Shown in pieces: positions 19,515-28,391 of a stretch of DNA of 64,000 bases. The DNA lies in NCBI GenBank assembly GCA_030059665.1, contig JANVYR010000002.1, forward strand, positions 257,441 through 321,440, given 5' to 3'. The stretch is from Candidatus Calditenuis fumarioli (GTDB taxonomy: Archaea; Thermoproteota; Nitrososphaeria_A; Caldarchaeales; Calditenuaceae). A model generated the notes under the pieces. The model searched no databases. It was not told the origin of the DNA and was given only the letters and a program-made list of their open reading frames with translations. Position 1 is the stretch's first letter, and each line of letters starts with the position of its first letter. Position numbers and translations under genes: made by a program.

Positions 19515-20424
19515 CTTTCAACTCTCTTCGCGAGATTCCGGGGTGATGATACGGCCCGATGGGAACCCCGGCCAGTTCTGCTTTCAACTCTCTTCGCGAG
19601 ATTCGGGGGTGGTTGGCTCTGACCTCTCACGCGGCCGTTTATGACTTTCAACTCTCTTCGCGAGATTCGTTCGGGAAGGACGTCGTCGTTGCGATCTGCG
19701 AGTTCCATCCTTTCAACTCTCTTCGCGAGATTCAGGGTTCGGATTCGTTGAAGGCGCGCCGGAGCTGTTTGCTTTCAACTCTCTTCGCGAGATTCTTCGC
19801 GAAGGAGCTGGTAGCCTATTGGGTGTCCGAGAAGCTTTCAACTCTCTTCGCGAGATTCGCGGGACCTAGCGATAATAGGAGGCGCGCTGGTGGTCTTTCA
19901 ACTCTCTTCGCGAGATTCTTGGGAAGTGGGCAACTGGGTGTTCGGCTCGTTCGTGAGGGAGCTTTCAACTCTCTTCGCGAGATTCAATAAACAGGTTGCA
20001 GGATCTGTCGGCTCTATATGAGGCTTTCAACTCTCTTCGCGAGATTCTATTGCTCGGGAAATGCTGACGTCTGAGGAGATTGAACTTTCAACTCTCTTCG
20101 CGAGATTCATGTCTCTCGTGAGGGACGTTCTGAGCGGGAAGGTCAACTTTCAACTCTCTTCGCGAGATTCGAGCTTTTGGCTGCCGGTTATGCCGCTGTC
20201 GGCTATGAGCCTTTCAACTCTCTTCGCGAGATTCAGTCCATGGTGCCCCACCATGGATAGGCGGACTCCCTTACTTTCAACTCTCTTCGCGAGATTCTGC
20301 GTTGGGAGGTGAGGAAGCATCCGGAAGCTGACGCTACTTTCAACTCTCTTCGCGAGATTCGAGATACGCGGAGGCCGCCGAGATGCTCCAGGAAAAGATT
20401 CTTTCAACTCTCTTCGCGAGATTC
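19515..20424 (-). CRISPR. CRISPR array 2, 15 repeats of the same 24-bp repeat, spacers 36-43 bp
   Basis: Repeat starts at 19515,19581,19645,19710,19772,19835,19895,19962,20024,20085,20147,20211,20274,20337,20401; leader at high-coordinate end. Confidence 0.95.
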
Positions 20425-20615
20425 CGACCCCAATTTCCGGAAATCTCGCCTTAATTTTAGGATATTTTCAGCTCACCTCCGCCTGCCCACGTTTTTGCAA
20501 GTGGGTATATAAAGAGCAGGCGGACCTGCTTCATCGCAGTTAAGCATTCCTATAAAAGCTAATTATGCAGAACAAATGATTTCCGCGCGCTGAGGGCCGT
20601 CTTGAGGGGGCATGC
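20425..20615 (-). promoter_or_regulatory. CRISPR leader 2 with TATA box
   Basis: Near-duplicate of leader 1 (gggtatataaagagcag, gctaattatgcagaacaaatgatttccgcgcgctgagggccgtcttga). Confidence 0.6.
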
Positions 20616-20666
20616 GCAGAAGCCCTATGCCCACGGTTTTTATCTCGTCGATCCGGACGCAATCCG

Positions 20667-21443
20667 ATGGAGATCCACGTCCTCGTCAAGGAATCGGTCG
20701 ACGTCTCGACGCTGGAGTACGACCAGAGAACGCTCGAGCCGCTTCTGGAGAAGGCCCAGAGGAAGATCGGCGACTTCGAGATGAACGCGGTCGAGGAGGC
20801 CGTGAGGCTGAAGGAGAAACACGGAGGCGTCGTGAAGCTGCTCTCAGCAGGTCCCTCGGTCCAGCCGATAGTGCTGAGGGAGGCGCTCGCGATGGGGGCC
20901 GACGAGGCGTTCGCCGTCTCAGACCCGAGGCTCAAGGACGCGGACGCATGGGTCTACGCCAACGTGCTCGCGGCCCTCTCGAAAAAGGCGGGGAAGGCGG
21001 ACCTGATCATAGCTGGTGAGGCCTCCGTCGACGAGAGCAACTACCAGGTCGGCGCGAGGGTTGCGGAGGAGCTCGGGATACCGTCGCTGACGCACGTGAT
21101 CAAGCTCGAGGTCTCCGGCGACAGGGTCACGGCCCACAGGGCCCTCGAGGACGGGATAGAGGTGGTCGAGGCGACGCTCCCTGCGTTGGTGACGGTCGGG
21201 CTCGAGATCAACACGCCGAGGCTTCCGAGCCTTCTGATGATCAGGGCCTCCGCGAAGAAACCGATCCACCAGTTGAAGCTCGAGGAGCTCGGTCTGCCGG
21301 AGGAGAAGCTGAGGCCTAAGACGAGAAGGACCTCCGTCAGGGCGATGAGGACTGAGAGGAAGCGCGTGGTCGTCGAGGGGAGCCTGGAGGAGATGGCCGA
21401 GAAGCTTATCGCCTACCTAAGGAGCGAGGGCGTCCTCAGGTAG
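20667..21443 (+). CDS. etfB: Electron transfer flavoprotein beta subunit (EtfB/FixA-like)
   Basis: LLSAGPSVQPIVLREALAMGADEAF, DLIIAGEASVDESNYQVGARVAEELGIP, NTPRLPSLLMIRASAKKP motifs; no etfA adjacent. Confidence 0.8.
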   Translation: MEIHVLVKESVDVSTLEYDQRTLEPLLEKAQRKIGDFEMNAVEEAVRLKEKHGGVVKLLSAGPSVQPIVLREALAMGADEAFAVSDPRLKDADAWVYANVLAALSKKAGKADLIIAGEASVDESNYQVGARVAEELGIPSLTHVIKLEVSGDRVTAHRALEDGIEVVEATLPALVTVGLEINTPRLPSLLMIRASAKKPIHQLKLEELGLPEEKLRPKTRRTSVRAMRTERKRVVVEGSLEEMAEKLIAYLRSEGVLR

Positions 21444-21650
21444 AGCCGGCCCCGGTGGATCGCTGCCACTCGTATACCGCGTAGAGCACGAGGCCTATCA
21501 CGAAGCTCACGTAGGCGTAGACGTAGAACGCGTCGAAGAGCTGCTCCCAGCTCATCCTCGCCCCGAAGGCCATCTTGGACCGGACTAAAAAACGTGCCCG
21601 CCGTTTCCCCCGTCCGGGTCCTCGAATAACGTTTTTCAGAAGGTGGATCG

Positions 21651-22007
21651 ATGTGGTTGAGGCGCTTGAGCGGCGGAGCACCCTGGACCCTGAGCCGCGA
21701 CCCGACGCCGATCTGCAACCCCCTCTGCCGGTTCTTCAGGTGCCAGAAGTTCCTCGCACCGGGTAAGGCGGCGCTGGACTTCAGGAGGGACCCTCCGTGG
21801 TGCAACTGGGTCAACGGCCCCTGCATCGGGTTCAAGTGCGCATACGCCTCGTGCGCCCAGCTGAAGCTTCTGCCGGAGGGGAGGTGTGCGCTCTTCGTCA
21901 AGTCGCAGCAGGAGGGGAAGCAGGAGGAGCTGGAGGTCAAAGAGGAGCTCTCGATGCGGGTGAACCTCGGGCCGAGGGCCGGCAAGAGGGTCCGAGACCT
22001 CTTCTGA
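21651..22007 (+). CDS. Hypothetical Cys-rich small protein
   Basis: 8 Cys in 60 residues (CNPLCRFFRC...CNWVNGPCIGFKCAYASC...C); GC-rich region with competing antisense ORFs, so coding status uncertain. Confidence 0.3.
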   Translation: MWLRRLSGGAPWTLSRDPTPICNPLCRFFRCQKFLAPGKAALDFRRDPPWCNWVNGPCIGFKCAYASCAQLKLLPEGRCALFVKSQQEGKQEELEVKEELSMRVNLGPRAGKRVRDLF

Positions 22008-22073
22008 CCGTCTCACCTCCACGAAGAACAGGCGAACACCCTTTTTCCCTCACCGAATGGGAACGAACGGTGG

Positions 22074-22844
22074 ATGAGGACCGGGAAGGGAGGTGCCCGC
22101 AGGGTCGAGATCGTCGGCCTGAGGCTTCCGATGGTGAGGGAAGGCGACGACCTGGCACAGCTGATCGTGAGGGCCGCAGAGGAGTCGGGCGCGGGGATCG
22201 AGGACGGCGACGTGATCGTCGTCTCTCAGGTGATCGTCTCCAAAGCGGAGGGCAGGGTGGTGCCGCTGGACGCGTTCGAACCCTCCGAGGCCGCACGGTC
22301 GCTCGCGGAGAGGACGGGGAAGGACCCGAGGCACGTGGAGGCTATACTGCGCGAGGCCGTTGAGGTCGTGAGGGTCAGGGGTGAGGTGATAATCACAGAG
22401 ACGAGGCACGGCTTCGTCTGCGCCAACAGCGGCGTCGACCTCTCCAACGTCGGCGAGGGCATGGTCTCCCTTCTTCCCGCAGAACCGGACCTCTCCGCAA
22501 GGAGGATACGCGAGGGTATCAGGAGGCTGACGGGTAAGGAGGTCGCTGTGGTGGTGGCCGACAGCCACGGCAGGCCCTTCAGGAGGGGGGCCGTGAACGT
22601 GGCCATAGGGTCGTCCGGGATAGAGCCGCTGCTGGACTTGAGGGGGAGGCCGGACCTCTACGGGAGGCCCCTCAGGAGCAAGCAGATCTGCGTGGTCGAC
22701 GAGCTGGCGTCGGCCGCGGAGCTCGTGATGGGGAACGCCGACGAGGGGATCCCGGCAGCCATCGTCAGGGGATACCCCTACAGGAGGTCGGAGGAGGGCG
22801 TGAGGGCCGTCATCAGACCCCGGGAGGAGGACCTCTTCCGGTGA
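22074..22844 (+). CDS. cofE: Coenzyme F420-0:L-glutamate ligase (CofE)
   Basis: VREGDDLAQLI, GDVIVVSQVIVSKAEGR, GIPAAIVRGYPY closely match MJ0768-type CofE. Confidence 0.85.
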   Translation: MRTGKGGARRVEIVGLRLPMVREGDDLAQLIVRAAEESGAGIEDGDVIVVSQVIVSKAEGRVVPLDAFEPSEAARSLAERTGKDPRHVEAILREAVEVVRVRGEVIITETRHGFVCANSGVDLSNVGEGMVSLLPAEPDLSARRIREGIRRLTGKEVAVVVADSHGRPFRRGAVNVAIGSSGIEPLLDLRGRPDLYGRPLRSKQICVVDELASAAELVMGNADEGIPAAIVRGYPYRRSEEGVRAVIRPREEDLFR

Positions 22845-23644
22845 CGGGCTTGGCCTCCGTCGGGCCCCTCGTCAGGGCTCGGGTGCTGGGCGCGGTCATC
22901 AGGGCGCTGAGGGAGTCCCCGGAGCTCGACCCCTCGAGGATCTCGGAGCTCTCTGGCGTGGCGCGGGAGGTCGTTAGGGAGCTTCTGGAGGTCTGGAGCG
23001 GCGGGACTGGCCGGCTCGACCAGACGAGGGTCATAGAGCTGGCGGCGGAGGCGCTCGAGAGGTCAGGCGGATCTGTCGAGGTGCTGAGGGCCCTCGGATG
23101 GTCGCTCTTCGAGGACCTGATAGGAGCGCTGCTGGAGAGGATGGGGCTCGAAACGCTGAGGGACGTGAGGGTGAAGGTGGGGAGGAGGTGGTGCCAGATC
23201 GACGTGGTGGCGCTGAGGGGAGGCGACGTCTACGCACTGGAGTGCAAGCACTGGATGAGGAGCGTCACGTCCTCCCTGATGGCCTCGATAGCTTCCTCCC
23301 ATCTGAGGCGCGTTGAGCTGCTCGAGGAGGGCCTCAGGTCGTCCCTCGGTGAGGGAGACGTGACCGTCCGGGTGGTTCCGGTGGCGGTGGCGCTGTACGT
23401 TCCACCCTCGACCGGCGAGGTCCTCTTCGTCCCGGTCCGCGCGCTGGCGAGCTTCCTCTCCGAGCACCCCGCAGCTCTCCCTTCTCCCCCCGTCAGGAGG
23501 TTGAAGTTAGGCAGGAGGCCCGACGCGTCCACCTTCACAAGGCCTCCGTTCAGGGCATCGAGGGAAGCGACAAGGCTCGACGCAGGGTTGACGAGGCTCG
23601 AGGACCACGCTGCTCAGCAGGGCCCGATGACCTCCAGGAGGTGA
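22841..23644 (+). CDS. Mrr-like restriction-endonuclease (PD-(D/E)xK) domain protein with N-terminal wHTH-like region
   Basis: GRRWCQIDVVALRGGDVYALECKHW matches Mrr_cat core (D...E.K); start overlaps cofE stop (GTGA). Confidence 0.5.
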   Translation: MTGLASVGPLVRARVLGAVIRALRESPELDPSRISELSGVAREVVRELLEVWSGGTGRLDQTRVIELAAEALERSGGSVEVLRALGWSLFEDLIGALLERMGLETLRDVRVKVGRRWCQIDVVALRGGDVYALECKHWMRSVTSSLMASIASSHLRRVELLEEGLRSSLGEGDVTVRVVPVAVALYVPPSTGEVLFVPVRALASFLSEHPAALPSPPVRRLKLGRRPDASTFTRPPFRASREATRLDAGLTRLEDHAAQQGPMTSRR

Positions 23645-23865
23645 CCGAGACCGATCGAGGGGATCCTCGACCTCCACGCCTCCCACTCGGCCTCGAAGTC
23701 GGGTGAGACCCTGGGCCTCCGGACGACGTCGTAGTAGTCGTACGGTTTGATGTCCAGCACAGAAGAGCCGGGCCAGGCGTCGAGCCAGAGGACCTCCAGC
23801 CTCGGCGGCTCCACCCTCGACAGCTCCACCACGCTCACCGCGATGGGGTTCGGCCTGGGAGGGTG
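23614..23865 (-). pseudogene. tsaA: tsaA (YaeB/TrmO-family) C-terminal fragment, 5'-truncated
   Basis: RPNPIAVSVVEL and LDAWPGSSVLDIKPY match the conserved RPNPIG and LDGTPvLDIKPY motifs from the C-terminal half of TsaA; the N-terminal 80-90 aa are missing and replaced by the tRNA-like fragment. Confidence 0.55.
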
Positions 23866-23883
23866 GCGCGAAGTTGATAGGGA

Positions 23884-23916
23884 GAACCGGAGGTCCCGGG
23901 TTCGAGTCCCGGCGGG
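23884..23916 (+). other. Orphan tRNA 3'-half-like fragment (T-arm ccggg-ttcgagt-cccgg plus acceptor 3' strand cgggccc and discriminator g)
   Basis: Canonical T-loop and acceptor 3' strand but no complementary 5' acceptor strand (gggcccg) or D/anticodon arms within 300 nt upstream. Confidence 0.5.
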
Positions 23917-23999
23917 CCCGCGAATATAATAGCTTTCCAATTATGAACGATGATTGGGCCGTAAGCATGAAAACAGAAAAGGAAAGAAAGGGGAGGGGT

Positions 24000-24935
24000 T
24001 TACGTCGTCAGCGAGTTATTAGGAAGAAGCCCTCTCCTCTTCAAGTATTCCTCGAGTCTCTTCCTCTTCCGCTCGATCGTGAAACCGACTTTCTCGTAGA
24101 ACGTCAGATTTGACTTCATTCTCACGCTGACATAGTAGGCGTCTTTTCTCGCTCTATACACTTTATCCGTCTTCTTCGGGTCTCTAAACGGTCTTCCTGC
24201 TCGGTGATGTAGTATCGGCTTCTCCGAAGTCGTCTCTATCCCGATCTTTTTCAGCAGATATATCACGTACTCCAACATCTTATAGTTGGTGTTAACCACC
24301 CCAATTTCACCATCTTTATGAGCATATCCCTCACTGTCAAAGAACCCCCGAAGGAACATTGCTATACATCTCTCGCAGTGCTCAACGTACGGTCTGATCC
24401 TCTCGATGTCTATGGGTTTCTTGAGCAGCTCGTAGAGTGTTCTGGACTGAACTTCGACGACCCATAAACTGTATTTATTTTGCCTTGGTATCGGAGGTTC
24501 CCTTCCCAGAACCTTAGCTAATCTCCTGCCAAATTCTTCGGCGAATTCCTTGTCCTTGACCGTCAATCCGACAAAGAATTTGTCATATCTAGGCGCCGAA
24601 ATACTCATCTTATAGACAGTACCGTCTCCAACTATTGCGCCAGCGATGTAAGCCAGATCTTCTGAAGGTTTCAGGAATTCTAATGTCGGTATTCTGATTC
24701 CGTTATAGGGAGAGTGTTTCCTATTTTTCCACCCGCTGAGAGTTGACTTGCGGATAGTAACGTTATATCTTCTCTTTATCTCCTTGATTATTTTGTTATA
24801 GCTCAATCCCTGTTTCCGGAGTTCAAGGAAGTCCTCGTGGATCCTTATCCTCAGTTCTCCCGGAAGGATAGTTCTTCTGCGCTTCCGTTTCAACTGACTG
24901 TGTGCGGAGGCTTCCGCGCTCATGACATCACCCAT
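24000..24935 (-). CDS. Free-standing LAGLIDADG homing endonuclease with N-terminal HTH-like region
   Basis: LAYIAGAIVGDGTV and FLRGFFDSEGY double LAGLIDADG motifs; GC about 45% versus more than 60% in flanks; the GC-rich 5' extension of ORF 24000..25172 is probably not coding. Confidence 0.7.
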   Translation of the reverse strand: MGDVMSAEASAHSQLKRKRRRTILPGELRIRIHEDFLELRKQGLSYNKIIKEIKRRYNVTIRKSTLSGWKNRKHSPYNGIRIPTLEFLKPSEDLAYIAGAIVGDGTVYKMSISAPRYDKFFVGLTVKDKEFAEEFGRRLAKVLGREPPIPRQNKYSLWVVEVQSRTLYELLKKPIDIERIRPYVEHCERCIAMFLRGFFDSEGYAHKDGEIGVVNTNYKMLEYVIYLLKKIGIETTSEKPILHHRAGRPFRDPKKTDKVYRARKDAYYVSVRMKSNLTFYEKVGFTIERKRKRLEEYLKRRGLLPNNSLTT

Positions 24936-26734
24936 GTGAATGGCAGAGGCAACGATTTCGGTTCCCTCAGCATGACGTCTATCCTTCTCAGCGTGTTCTC
25001 TATGGCCTTTTCTCATATCATCACCCTCCCCCTCTGGCTCTGAGAGACGGGCAGGACGAAGATCCTGCCCGACCCCTGCATCGGCTGAGTCAGGGCTTAC
25101 GGCCGGGGCCAGCCGACCCCTTCTCCCGGGGTCCGGGCCGGGATCGGAGGGACCGATCATATCCCTCCCCATGATGTTGGGGAGGCCGGCCTTCTAGGCC
25201 GGGACATCCCTCCGACCGGCCCTCCCCGGGGAAGGGTTGCCACAGAGGGGGTGAGGCGCCGTCCGACGTCAGCCTGATCCGGTGAGGATGGTCAGCTGGT
25301 GATCGCGATGGGGGTGAGGGCTTCTCCGCGCCCGACACCCGACCCCTTCCTCACCCGGTGGCCATCCGGAAGAGGAAGGTACTGGGCGGACGCGCATCGA
25401 TCCGGTCAGACTCGCCTATCCTCCTGAGCGCCGTCACCCGATGGGAGGGACCCCTGCACGCCGCGCCCTTCGCCCGGGTATGCCTGTCCCTCCTTTGGAC
25501 CCGGAGGCCGGCCTTGCCCGGGGATCACCGGATGACGGCGTTCAGGAGGACTTCTGGGATCATCGTGTAATCATCAGGTGATCGTCCGGTCCGGGACCTT
25601 TGCCGACCCCGTGTATACAAATGTGCACAAATGCATACATCCGTTCCTACCCCCTCTCCCCCTCCCTTTCGGGAAGAGGTGGGGGTCCTCAGAATGCCCC
25701 CTGGGGGTCTCAGAGCACCCCCCGGGGGGCCTCTCCCCTCCCTCCCCCTACCCCTGGTTGCCCCCTTTGGGACTAGGGCGGGGGATCGGTGAACCCCCAG
25801 TACCCCCTCCCTTCGACGGAGGATAGGGGATCCCTGAGGGCCATGAGGGGAGCCCCCTTCGCGCATGGTGGGGTCTCCTCGACGGGGTTCTCGGCGGTCC
25901 CGGTATCCGTGCCCAGAGTTCCCACGGCCCCCCGGACGGGGTTTTGAGACGGCCGTGGTACCCCGGGCCATCTACCGGCGGACGGGCTTGGGAACCCTGA
26001 AGGGCCATCGCCCCGGGCTTGTCCCCTCATCGCCCGTTCCCCCCTCCATCCGGAGGGGGTTATGGCGGTTAGCCCTGCCCCCCGGACGGGAGGCGGTGCC
26101 CTCACAGCGGACGCTCAGGCCCTCACATCCCCTGCTGGAAGCGCGGGGGATGCGGGACACCCGCCGCCGCCGTCTCTACGTCCGGGGCCAGAGGTGCTGG
26201 GAGGCCCCGGCGCACCAACCCCTCCCCCAGGATCCCCAGCACCCATGAGTTTGGTGGGTGCTCCGGGATTTGATCCCGGGGTGAGAGGAATAGTTCTCCC
26301 TCGACTCGGCTGACTTCCTCTTCCTCCGCCCTTCGTCTGTCTTCCGGGAGGGCTTAGGGCGATCGCCCTTCCCGGGGAGCCCCTTCTGCCCCTCCCATCC
26401 GGGACTCCCCCGCCGCCCCGGCATCCTGGGGCTACGGGCGGGCTCCCACTTCCCGCCGCTCCCTTCAGGGAGGCGAGGAGACGCTCTCGTCGTCCCCTCG
26501 CCGGGGGCAGCTCCCTTCACCGGAGGAGGTCCAGGGCCGCAACCCCTTTCGGGGCCTCGGCGCCGCCCCGCCGGCTTTCGTCGGCGGCCCCAACTCCTCC
26601 TCCAGCGCCGCCACCTTTCCGTGGCGACCGGGCCCCTCACGTGGCGGGCCTCGGGACCCGTGAGGAGGACCTTGAACCCTCTGTAAAGTGTAGTTCTGTC
26701 GACTTTACTTAAGCATTAGCATTCAACTGGACGT

Positions 26735-27108
26735 GATAGTGTCCGGATAAGCATCTCTACCCACCTCCGTTCCTCATCACATGATAGTAGATCGCGAAGA
26801 GGTTTAGGAATTGGTCTCATCGACAGCTATGCACCTCCTATATCTCGGCTCTGAGGCCACTGTTACCATAGAAGACACCTTCCTGGCAAGATAATGTACT
26901 GTTGATTCGCTTATAGGCTCAATAGCTATGCTGAGTACCTTGGCGACCCTCCTGCAGCTGCCGTGGAACACGTACTCTAGGACAGCTAAGACCTTGACCT
27001 CACGGCTTTTTTGTTGCGCTCGAGACGGCTCGAGATCAGGGCTATGACGTCCACGAAGACGACCATCGAAGACAGGCCTTTAAATGTATTCACTTATCCG
27101 GACACTAC
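26735..27108. mobile_element. Candidate MITE-like element bounded by 15-17 bp inverted repeats (tagtgtccggataag / cttatccggacacta)
   Basis: Inverted repeat read directly at 26735-26752 and 27092-27108, 340 bp apart, in an ORF-free AT-rich stretch. Confidence 0.35.
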
Positions 27109-27870
27109 CGAGATAGTTTAGAAGGCATTGATATACAACCTGTTGCTTAACGCGGCATGAACTTAGGAAACTGAGGCACGAGCTGGAGAAGAGGTAATAG
27201 AACTAGAGGAATTATGCCACAAGGCATGAGGCTGCAGAGGTTCGTCAAGGATTTCGCTCGATCCTGCCGTTTGGGATGCGGCGGGCGCCCGGCTTTGATG
27301 GCCCCATGATGGATTGATTCCGAGGAGAATTGGAGACAATATTAACTCAGGCAGGAGAGTCCTACTACGACGACGTTTACCTCATGGCGAGCACGGACGA
27401 GGAGGGATGGGATGAGGGAAGTAAGGGCCCTTGAGGAGAGGGTTTCCGCAGTCACAGGGTCCACCGGGAATCGCCAGCCACACCCAAAGAGCAGGAAACG
27501 GTCGGGTCTAATGACAAATCTTAGAAGTGTTTACCGTGTGGGGAAGGACGAGGGACTTCAGGACGTGGAAGGCGCAGATGATGGCTTATCTCGTCCGTCA
27601 ACCGCCCTCAAAGGAGCTGGACTCCCTGATAGACCAGCTTGAGAAGCTCCGTAGCAGGTGGTTATCGAGTCTTTAGCCGGCATCAGCAAGCATGAGAGCG
27701 CATCAGGCATTAAGATTCCACCAGAATTGTTACCATCGCAAGAGTAGGTCGAGGCGTGGTCTCGGGAGAGGGAGTGAGGGATGTCGTATTAGCAGTTTAT
27801 TAGGAGCTATGGCGTCGAGGTTTTCAGAATAAACAAGATCAATATCCCGCGCTGAACCCTATCCGGCGGC

Positions 27871-28386
27871 ATGGTGGGGCAGGTCACGGAGCTGATCAGG
27901 ACCAAGCTGGACTGGAGGAGCTTCTCGGAGAGGCCGGTGAGCAGGGAGGACGTGATCGCGATCCTCGACGCCGCGAGGTGGGCGGGCAGCGGCAAGAACA
28001 CCCAGCACTGGCGCTTCGTCCTGATAGAGGACAGAGAAGAGCTGAGGTGGCTGGCGGAGCACACGACGACGGGCCGGTGGCTCGAGGGCGCGGCCTTCGC
28101 GGTGATCGTCACCACAGACTCCAACATACCCTACCACATGCTCGACGCCGGCAGGGCGATAGCGAACATGCAGCTGGAGGCCTGGAGCAGGGGCATAACC
28201 TCCTGCATAACAACGGGCTACGACCAGTCGGTGATCAGGCAGAGGTACGGCATACCCGAGAAGAGGTCCGTCGACGCGATCGTCGGCTTCGGGTACCCCG
28301 ACAGGCCCCTGAAGGGGAAGAAGACGAGGAGGCCGCTGAGCGAGCTGGTCTACGTCGGACGGTACGGCAACCCGCTGAAGGTCTGA
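27871..28386 (+). CDS. Nitroreductase family protein
   Basis: SFSERPVSREDVIAILDAARWAGSGKNTQHWRFVLI and C-terminal nitroreductase fold motifs. Confidence 0.85.
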   Translation: MVGQVTELIRTKLDWRSFSERPVSREDVIAILDAARWAGSGKNTQHWRFVLIEDREELRWLAEHTTTGRWLEGAAFAVIVTTDSNIPYHMLDAGRAIANMQLEAWSRGITSCITTGYDQSVIRQRYGIPEKRSVDAIVGFGYPDRPLKGKKTRRPLSELVYVGRYGNPLKV

Positions 28387-28391
28387 CGGCC

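Noticed and set aside
21413-22022. Minus-strand ORFs 21413..21985 (190 aa) and 21636..22022 (128 aa) competing with the Cys-rich + strand ORF
   Set aside because: P/R/L-rich low-complexity translations. The + strand frame with a patterned Cys array was preferred, though at low confidence.
23620-23916. Attempt to assemble a full tRNA from the 3' fragment plus an upstream gggcccg (23623-23629) as a 5' acceptor strand with a long intron
   Set aside because: The intervening 250 nt encode the TsaA C-terminal fragment, and no D-arm or anticodon arm can be formed. It is treated as an orphan 3' half.
24936-25172. GC-rich N-terminal extension (MGRDMIGPSDPGPDPG…) of the LAGLIDADG ORF
   Set aside because: Abrupt composition switch and no similarity to homing-endonuclease N-termini, so it is probably read-through of non-coding DNA.
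25090-26640. Short overlapping ORFs in the GC-rich tract (25090..25338, 25525..25971, 25748..26008, 25773..26105, 25865..26248, 26176..26640 and others)
   Set aside because: They overlap one another on both strands, and all are R/G/P-rich with no domain-like features. These are compositional artefacts.
27978-28391. N-terminal 138 codons of the 663-aa Elp3 ORF
   Set aside because: Overlaps the nitroreductase gene in another frame and is R/G-rich. Elp3 homology starts after the nitroreductase stop.
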